Shown here one piece after another: positions 7,848 to 12,566 of a DNA stretch of 12,566 nt. Location: positions 1-12,566 of the forward strand of contig JBFMGK010000047.1 in the NCBI GenBank assembly GCA_040752575.1, written 5' to 3'. Position numbers and translations under genes: made by a program. This stretch comes from Candidatus Bipolaricaulota bacterium (GTDB lineage Bacteria > Bipolaricaulota > Bipolaricaulia > UBA7950 > UBA9294). Every line of letters begins with the position of its first letter. The stretch's first letter is position 1. The notes below the pieces were generated by a model that was given only the letters and a program-made list of their open reading frames with translations, had not been told where the DNA came from and did no database searches.

Positions 7848-8052
7848 CAAGACCGCGACGGTGCCGTACAAGTTCCTCGTGCGCGGCTTGTTCTGCGCTT
7901 TCGTCGGCCTCGTCGCCGCGCGCATCGCTGTGCCGCTGGCGATTCCGGCGCAAAGCGCCGGCCTGGCCGACCTAGTTCGCGACCTCTGGGCATGTGCCCA
8001 AAGCATCCTCGCGGCGCTGCTCGGCCTTCTCGCGGGGAAAGCGGCGAGCTGA
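7834..8052 (+). CDS. Small hypothetical two-helix membrane protein (72 aa)
   Basis: Overlaps the upstream ORF by 14 bp. Two hydrophobic segments (FLVRGLFCAFVGLVAARIAVPLAI and LWACAQSILAALLGLLAG). Fills the gap to the convergent GNAT stop. Confidence 0.72.
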   Translation: MTTTNKTATVPYKFLVRGLFCAFVGLVAARIAVPLAIPAQSAGLADLVRDLWACAQSILAALLGLLAGKAAS

Positions 8053-8071
8053 AGCCGCCCAGCCTCGCAGT

Positions 8072-8983
8072 CTACGCAGGTCCTTCCTTGCGATACACGA
8101 CGACGTCGCGCAGCGGCCGGAAGCCGAAGCTCTCGTAGAGATCCAGCGCAGGCGCCCGGTACGTGTCAGTTTCCACGAGCAGTTCGATCGCTCCCGCAGC
8201 GATGAGGCGACGGGCGCACTCCGCCAGCAAGACGGAGCCGAGCCCGAGTCCGCGGGCGCCGGGATCCACGCCAAGCGGCTCGATCTGGCCAATCCTGACG
8301 CCACCCGAAGACGGAGCCAGCCAGCCGATACAGAATCCGGCCAATCGGCCGTCGGCTGCGGTCGCGACGAGATCAGCCTCGGGAAGGTGGTGCGGCGCGG
8401 ACAGCGTGCGGGATCGCCAGGCGGACGTCATGTTCTTCGACTCGAACACCGTACGGTGCAGGTCCACGTAGGCGTCGATCTCTCGCTGGCCGTCAATCGC
8501 GCGAACGGCAAACCCCGCGGGCGCCTCGCACCGCTCGGGCGCCGCCCCCACGCGGCGCAGCAGCACGCGCGACCACGAGTCCGACACCACGTCCGCCTGA
8601 CAGGCATAGCCGTGTCGTTCGAGGAGTTCAAGACGCGCCTCAAGGTTGCTGAACGTCGTCACGTACCTCTGGGGTCTCTCGTGAATCGTCCCCCGGACAC
8701 TCTTTGCTCGACGGTCGGCCCAGCGCAGAGCCTCGGGCAGCAGGTCGCTCTCGGTGTCGGGTCGAAACGCGAAGTCAAGCATCCAGAACGGGGCCTGGAT
8801 GACGGCCCAGCCGACGAGCCTGCCGCCATCCCTCCACAGCGCGACGTTCTCCGGCTCGTCAAGCGCCCACGAGGCGAAGCGGTACGGTAGATCGGCCGTA
8901 TGGAGATGGGCCTCGGGGAACGCGAGCGCCAGGTCAAGCATCTCGCCGACCGCTTGCCGGGGGTCGGAAGGTGAAGTGGACAT
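8072..8983 (-). CDS. GNAT-family N-acetyltransferase, probably tandem two-domain (303 aa)
   Basis: C-terminal motif A (GQIEPLGVDPGARGLGLGSVLL) and motif B (ALDLYESFGF). Degenerate N-terminal GNAT half (LLERHGY). RBS GGGGAGG upstream. Confidence 0.92.
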   Translation of the reverse strand: MSTSPSDPRQAVGEMLDLALAFPEAHLHTADLPYRFASWALDEPENVALWRDGGRLVGWAVIQAPFWMLDFAFRPDTESDLLPEALRWADRRAKSVRGTIHERPQRYVTTFSNLEARLELLERHGYACQADVVSDSWSRVLLRRVGAAPERCEAPAGFAVRAIDGQREIDAYVDLHRTVFESKNMTSAWRSRTLSAPHHLPEADLVATAADGRLAGFCIGWLAPSSGGVRIGQIEPLGVDPGARGLGLGSVLLAECARRLIAAGAIELLVETDTYRAPALDLYESFGFRPLRDVVVYRKEGPA

Positions 8984-9075
8984 CGGATTGCCTCCCCGTG
9001 CGAGGCCGCGGCGCCAAGAAAGGGGCAGCGGTCACGCCTTGTCCGCGGACCTCAGATCGCCATCGCGCTCCGGCC

Positions 9076-9492
9076 TCACTGTCGCTCAGGCTCCGGCATC
9101 GCCGACCAGTGCCCGTGCAGGATTCTCCAGCGGCCGTCGATGCGCTTGGCAATCCAGGTCACACGACCCTTTCCAGCCCCCGCATCGCCCCTCCACGTGC
9201 TCAAGGCCGTCGCATAGGCCAGCGAGTCGCTCAGCGGAAAGGCCCGGCGCTGGACGTAGGAAACTTCATACTTGAACTCCGGATGCTCGCGCCGCCAGGT
9301 CAGGATGTCGCGCACCGTTGCAGCGCCGATCGGCTCAGGAATGAAGTCTTCGAACTCGCTGAACTGCGGGTCGTCGAGCGCCAGGATCTCCTCGAACGCG
9401 GCGCCGTCTCCGGAATTGGCTGCCCTTTCGTAACGCTCGATGAGTTCTAGCATCTCGGCTTCGCGCACCTTGTCGACTGGCCTCACGTCCAT
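9076..9492 (-). CDS. NTF2-like / SnoaL-like (DUF4440-type) protein (138 aa)
   Basis: Start reassigned from 9609 to ATG 9492 (GAGGAGG 8 nt upstream). N-terminal helix LIERYERAANSGD. C-terminal RVTWIAKRIDGRWRILHGHWS is typical of the fold. Confidence 0.88.
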   Translation of the reverse strand: MDVRPVDKVREAEMLELIERYERAANSGDGAAFEEILALDDPQFSEFEDFIPEPIGAATVRDILTWRREHPEFKYEVSYVQRRAFPLSDSLAYATALSTWRGDAGAGKGRVTWIAKRIDGRWRILHGHWSAMPEPERQ

Positions 9493-9627
9493 GGGTTGCA
9501 CCTCCTCGCCTTCCCCTTGCTTCCTCGCCGACTGGGGCGCCCTCCGCTCACCCTCGCACGAAACGGCGCCGCCAGGGCCATTGTTCCGGACTCTCGTGCG
9601 CCCCAACAAGCGAGATCACTCTTCACC

Positions 9628-10533
9628 TTACGTCGTGTCCGACGGCGAAGTCGGCCGGCCCCACAGAGTGCCGACGGCAACCGTGGTGGCGACAAGTGCC
9701 ACGGTGATTTCCGTCGCTGGGGCTCCGCCAACGAGCGACGCAGGTTCATTGAGCAACGCGTGCACGCCGAGAGTGAAGGTCAGGCTGCCCGTGCGCAGGT
9801 AGACCACGGCGAACAAGGACCCGAGCCCAAAGAGGCGCAGGAGCTCCAGTGGGAAGTCGGCGGCCGGGAGACCTGAGTAGATCCGGTTCGGAATGTGGAA
9901 GAGCGCAAAGAGAGCTTGGGACAGGGCAACGGCCAGCAAGGGACGCAGCCACGGGCGCTTTGTGCGCAGGCGCCGAAAGACACGTGGAAGAAGGACACCG
10001 CGGAATGCGATCTCCTCGAACAGCGCGTTGCCGGCCACCTGCGCCAGCACGTTACCGACCACGGCTAGCGATCCGACACCTGTCCACGCCGGATCGAGGA
10101 GCACGGCCTCGCCGGCGAGTCGCACCGTGGCGGCGGCGATCGCCTGTGTGATCACCCACAGGAGGAGCACTGACGCCGCCCCTTGTCTGAATGCCCACGA
10201 CCCGCCTGCGACGTCTCGCCACCGCAGCCCGCCAGCCAGCCTGAGGACGCCGCCAACGCAGATCGCGAGCAACGCAAGGTTGACAACGAGCGTCGGCGAG
10301 ATGAGGCCGCGCGTCGCTCGTGCCACGGGATCAAGCCATGGGCTGGGAAAGACGACGAGGTTGATGAACAGGCTGAGCCCGACGTAGCACAAGAAGAACG
10401 CGGCGAGAAGGGTCGTAGGTACGCGCGGCCCCGCCGACAGTCGACGCTCGACCTGCTCCCCCTGCTCCCTGAACCGCCCTGCGATCGCTCGCGCCATGCG
10501 GTCCCCAAGAGACCGGGGTCTCTTCGTTCTCAT
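9628..10533 (-). CDS. CPBP-family (CAAX/Abi, Rce1-like) intramembrane glutamic endopeptidase
   Basis: Motif 1 EEIAFRG, motif 2 FALFH and motif 4 HALLN, with multiple TM helices. The start overlaps the Nudix stop (ATGA, 10530-10533); a later Met start is possible. Confidence 0.92.
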   Translation of the reverse strand: MRTKRPRSLGDRMARAIAGRFREQGEQVERRLSAGPRVPTTLLAAFFLCYVGLSLFINLVVFPSPWLDPVARATRGLISPTLVVNLALLAICVGGVLRLAGGLRWRDVAGGSWAFRQGAASVLLLWVITQAIAAATVRLAGEAVLLDPAWTGVGSLAVVGNVLAQVAGNALFEEIAFRGVLLPRVFRRLRTKRPWLRPLLAVALSQALFALFHIPNRIYSGLPAADFPLELLRLFGLGSLFAVVYLRTGSLTFTLGVHALLNEPASLVGGAPATEITVALVATTVAVGTLWGRPTSPSDTT

Positions 10534-10979
10534 GATGGCTCTTGCCGCGGATAGCTCAGCTCATCACCCCACGCCGCGATCTCGGCGAGGAAGGTCCCTA
10601 CGCCAAGGAGGCCGGCGGCCCACAGGAAGACACGATCGCGTTCGGGGATCTCGGCGAGCCGCATCCATCGCAGGTCAACGAGGATTCCTTGACCCGGCGG
10701 GAACTCCGGATCGCTCCCGAGTGAGGGAGTCTGGTCGCCGATGTCGATAAGGTAGCTATGGGCTTCGTCGTCCGCCGCGTGGCGCACGTGCGACGTCTGA
10801 CGTACTACCACGCCGCTCACGTTGCACTCCTCGCGAAGCTCGCGCAACGCGCCCTCTTCCGGCGTCTCGCCGGGCATCTGCCCGCCGCCAGGCAAGCACC
10901 AGTAGTCGATGCCGCCCTGGCGGTGCTTCACCATGAGCACACGGTCTTCGCGAACCACGATCGCCTGCACGCGAGGCAT
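10530..10979 (-). CDS. Nudix hydrolase (149 aa)
   Basis: Nudix box GGGQMPGETPEEGALRELREECNV preceded by WCLP. Start reassigned from 11021 to ATG 10979 (MPRVQAIVVREDRVLMV), because the longer start lies inside the repeat. Confidence 0.92.
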   Translation of the reverse strand: MPRVQAIVVREDRVLMVKHRQGGIDYWCLPGGGQMPGETPEEGALRELREECNVSGVVVRQTSHVRHAADDEAHSYLIDIGDQTPSLGSDPEFPPGQGILVDLRWMRLAEIPERDRVFLWAAGLLGVGTFLAEIAAWGDELSYPRQEPS

Positions 10980-11001
10980 CCTTACCCGCCCCCCCACCAT
11001 T

Positions 11002-11064
11002 CCACTCCGGGGACACAGCACTCAATCGGCCATTCCGAGCCATTCCGGGGACACAGTACTCCAT
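11002..11064. repeat. Tandem 25-bp direct repeat (38-bp period), REP-like
   Basis: CCACTCCGGGGACACAGCACTCAAT (11002-11026) versus CCATTCCGGGGACACAGTACTCCAT (11040-11064), 22/25 identical. The heptamer CCATTCC occurs at 10997, 11030 and 11040. Confidence 0.85.
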
Positions 11065-11207
11065 TGCGCCGCCGCGCGACCCAACAGCAAGGTAGCCAGA
11101 GCCACCATGGGCCAGACCTCCGCCCGGCATCGGCCTCTCGCGGCGAACCAGCCACACATCAAGCTCCCCAGATGTCCTCGGACCGTCGCCCTTCGCCACG
11201 TGGAGTC

Positions 11208-11233
11208 AAGAAGCCGCAGAAGTTCTTTGCGGC
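11208..11233 (-). terminator. Possible weak intrinsic terminator
   Basis: Minus-strand GCCGCA-(9 nt)-UGCGGC hairpin followed by UUCUU, about 130 nt downstream of the stop at 11361. The U tail is short. Confidence 0.35.
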
Positions 11234-11360
11234 CCAGAACCTCTCTTCTTCCCGGTTGCGGATCCTTGGCCGCAGCCACTGCAGTGGACGCCGAAGCGCC
11301 TCTGGGCCGATCCGGCGATCGACCGGAGTGGTGTCCGTGTGCCAGGAATCCCGATCTACT

Positions 11361-12146
11361 CTACACAGAGTCGCGATCCGCCGCGAGCCCAACGAGCATC
11401 CGGTCGAACAGCTTCTCGATGTGAACGATCCATGAGGGATTTGGCCCGCTCAGCGTCTCGATGTAGTGCGCACCGCCTGCATAGAAGACGACGCGACCGA
11501 AAGGCTGCTTCTTGCCGCCGTGACTCTCCTCTAGGCCTAGCCGACGCCTAATCTGGTTCTCGATGAAGCGCGCAAACCCCTCCTTCCACTCCTGCCAGAC
11601 CATGTACTCGTAGTCGCGCCGTTCGAGCGAGCTTCTCAGATCCTGACGAATGCTCTCGATGTCGAGCAGGCTGTGACTGTCCAGGAAAGCCTGATAGAGC
11701 GGCGCGAACTCGTGTGCAGCGTACGGAAACGGGTGGTTGATCTCCCACATGGGGTCATTGGCTTCGCGTGCCTGACGCGCAAGCTTAAGCCTGTCCTTGA
11801 GCTTTTGCTCACAGCTCTCCGCTTGTCCGCAGTGAACGAACTCGTGGAAGATCGTGGCGTAGCCATCCGGCTCATCGAATACATCGCCGGTCACCACGCA
11901 CGCCATGCGGTCATCGTAGTCCGAAAGGGGGAAGGCAGCTCGCACGCCTTTGGGAATGGGCATCGGAGTAGCCGCCCTTCGGACGAGACGATACGTCTGA
12001 TCGTTGGGCCCTATGTCGTAGATCAAGAAGTGACCGTCCTCGACAATGGCGATAGGAAACAACTTCGCCAAGAACGGGTGAAGGTCTTGGATGATCTCTC
12101 GCACTCTGACGACCCTCTGGAGAGAGATCATGTGCTCTCGTGCCAT
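11361..12146 (-). CDS. Hypothetical protein, putative zinc metallopeptidase (HExxH...EGxA) (261 aa)
   Basis: Start reassigned from 12212 to ATG 12146 (AAAGAGGGG upstream). TIFHEFVHCGQ (H codons within 11832-11846), downstream KEGFARFIE and FYAGG. No signal peptide. Confidence 0.8.
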   Translation of the reverse strand: MAREHMISLQRVVRVREIIQDLHPFLAKLFPIAIVEDGHFLIYDIGPNDQTYRLVRRAATPMPIPKGVRAAFPLSDYDDRMACVVTGDVFDEPDGYATIFHEFVHCGQAESCEQKLKDRLKLARQAREANDPMWEINHPFPYAAHEFAPLYQAFLDSHSLLDIESIRQDLRSSLERRDYEYMVWQEWKEGFARFIENQIRRRLGLEESHGGKKQPFGRVVFYAGGAHYIETLSGPNPSWIVHIEKLFDRMLVGLAADRDSV

Positions 12147-12224
12147 GCTCACCCCTCTTTCGGTCAGCTCGATCGTCTCTGGCACATCTGCGCGCCGCGG
12201 GTCCCCGCGCAACGGCAGGCGCGG

Positions 12225-12566
12225 CTATGTCCTTGTGCTGACGAGGTGGCGCACGATGAGCAGTACGCCCACGGCGATCAACGCCGCCGGCCACAGAAGC
12301 CCGACGAGATCCCTCACGCCGCCCAGGCGCAACGCCCCCAGGACGGCCAACACGGCGGCCGGAAGCCAAGCCCAGGGCTGACGCGCGCCCTTCGGCGAGG
12401 CGAGGGCGACCACCGCGAAGGTCGCTGCCAGTCCGAGAAACAGCACCCCGCCGCGCTCGCGCTCGGGCAGGACTGACACGGTGCCCACAGATAGGAGCGC
12501 TCCAGCCGGGATCAGCGCCCACCACTGCTCTCGGTCGGCAAGGTAGACGACGGCGAATCCGACACC
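12225..12566 (-). CDS. Multi-pass membrane protein, 5'-truncated by the window edge (LiaF/LiaI-like terminal helix)
   Basis: The frame is open from 12566: GVGFAVVYLADREQWWALIPAGALLSVG...LFLGLAATFAVVAL...WAWLPAAVLAVLG...LLWPAALIAVGVLLIVR. Repeated W-A-x-x-P-A helix motif. Confidence 0.8.
   Translation of the reverse strand, partial: GVGFAVVYLADREQWWALIPAGALLSVGTVSVLPERERGGVLFLGLAATFAVVALASPKGARQPWAWLPAAVLAVLGALRLGGVRDLVGLLWPAALIAVGVLLIVRHLVSTRT

Noticed and set aside
11002..11064. Mini-CRISPR interpretation of the direct repeat
   Set aside because: Only two copies with a 13-bp spacer, and no cas genes or leader in the window.
9598..11085. attC core-like words GTTGGGGC (9600-9607, minus strand) and GTTGGGT (about 11079-11085, minus strand)
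   Set aside because: Neither has a matching upstream RYYYAAC in the correct order and spacing, and there is no integrase in the window.
11181..11209. Minus-strand TTGACT as the -35 of a Nudix promoter
   Set aside because: No -10-like hexamer 16-18 bp downstream.
11230..11345. Cobalamin riboswitch resemblance on the minus strand (CCACTG...CGGGAAG, TCCGGT...CCGGA)
   Set aside because: The conserved AGGGAA, CCCxCxACTGT and AGxCAGxAxACC elements are absent, and no B12-related gene lies downstream. Kept only as an unassigned structured element.
11022..11392. Short ORFs in the Nudix-HExxH spacer (11022-11279, 11159-11392 and others)
   Set aside because: No convincing RBS, no motifs and mutually overlapping frames. 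The region is better explained as non-coding structure and repeat.

Overview
High-GC bacterial chromosomal segment (about 70% GC in a hand-counted line of the first gene) with 12 probable CDSs and no rRNA, tRNA, CRISPR array, integrase or transposase. Plus strand, left: a 5'-truncated SARP/BTAD-NB-ARC-TPR transcriptional regulator, translationally coupled (ATGA) to a lysine 6-dehydrogenase/saccharopine dehydrogenase-family gene. Next is a secreted M1-type (gluzincin) metallopeptidase that lacks the GAMEN motif and ends in a degenerate Omp85/BamA-like beta-barrel. Centre: a stand-alone 7TM membrane protein, divergent from a two-gene micro-operon (56 aa and 72 aa) with a clear sigma70-type promoter and a perfect RBS; a 66-bp inverted repeat lies between them. 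Right, all minus strand: a truncated membrane protein, a lower-GC HExxH protein, a Nudix hydrolase coupled to a CPBP protease, an NTF2/SnoaL protein and a GNAT acetyltransferase. Their spacers are strongly self-complementary; one holds a multi-stem element with a cUUCGg loop and a tandem 25-bp REP-like repeat. The best novelty candidates are the peptidase-barrel fusion, the micro-operon with its palindrome, and the structured/REP-like spacer at 10980-11360. All family calls come from motif recognition by eye; no searches were run.
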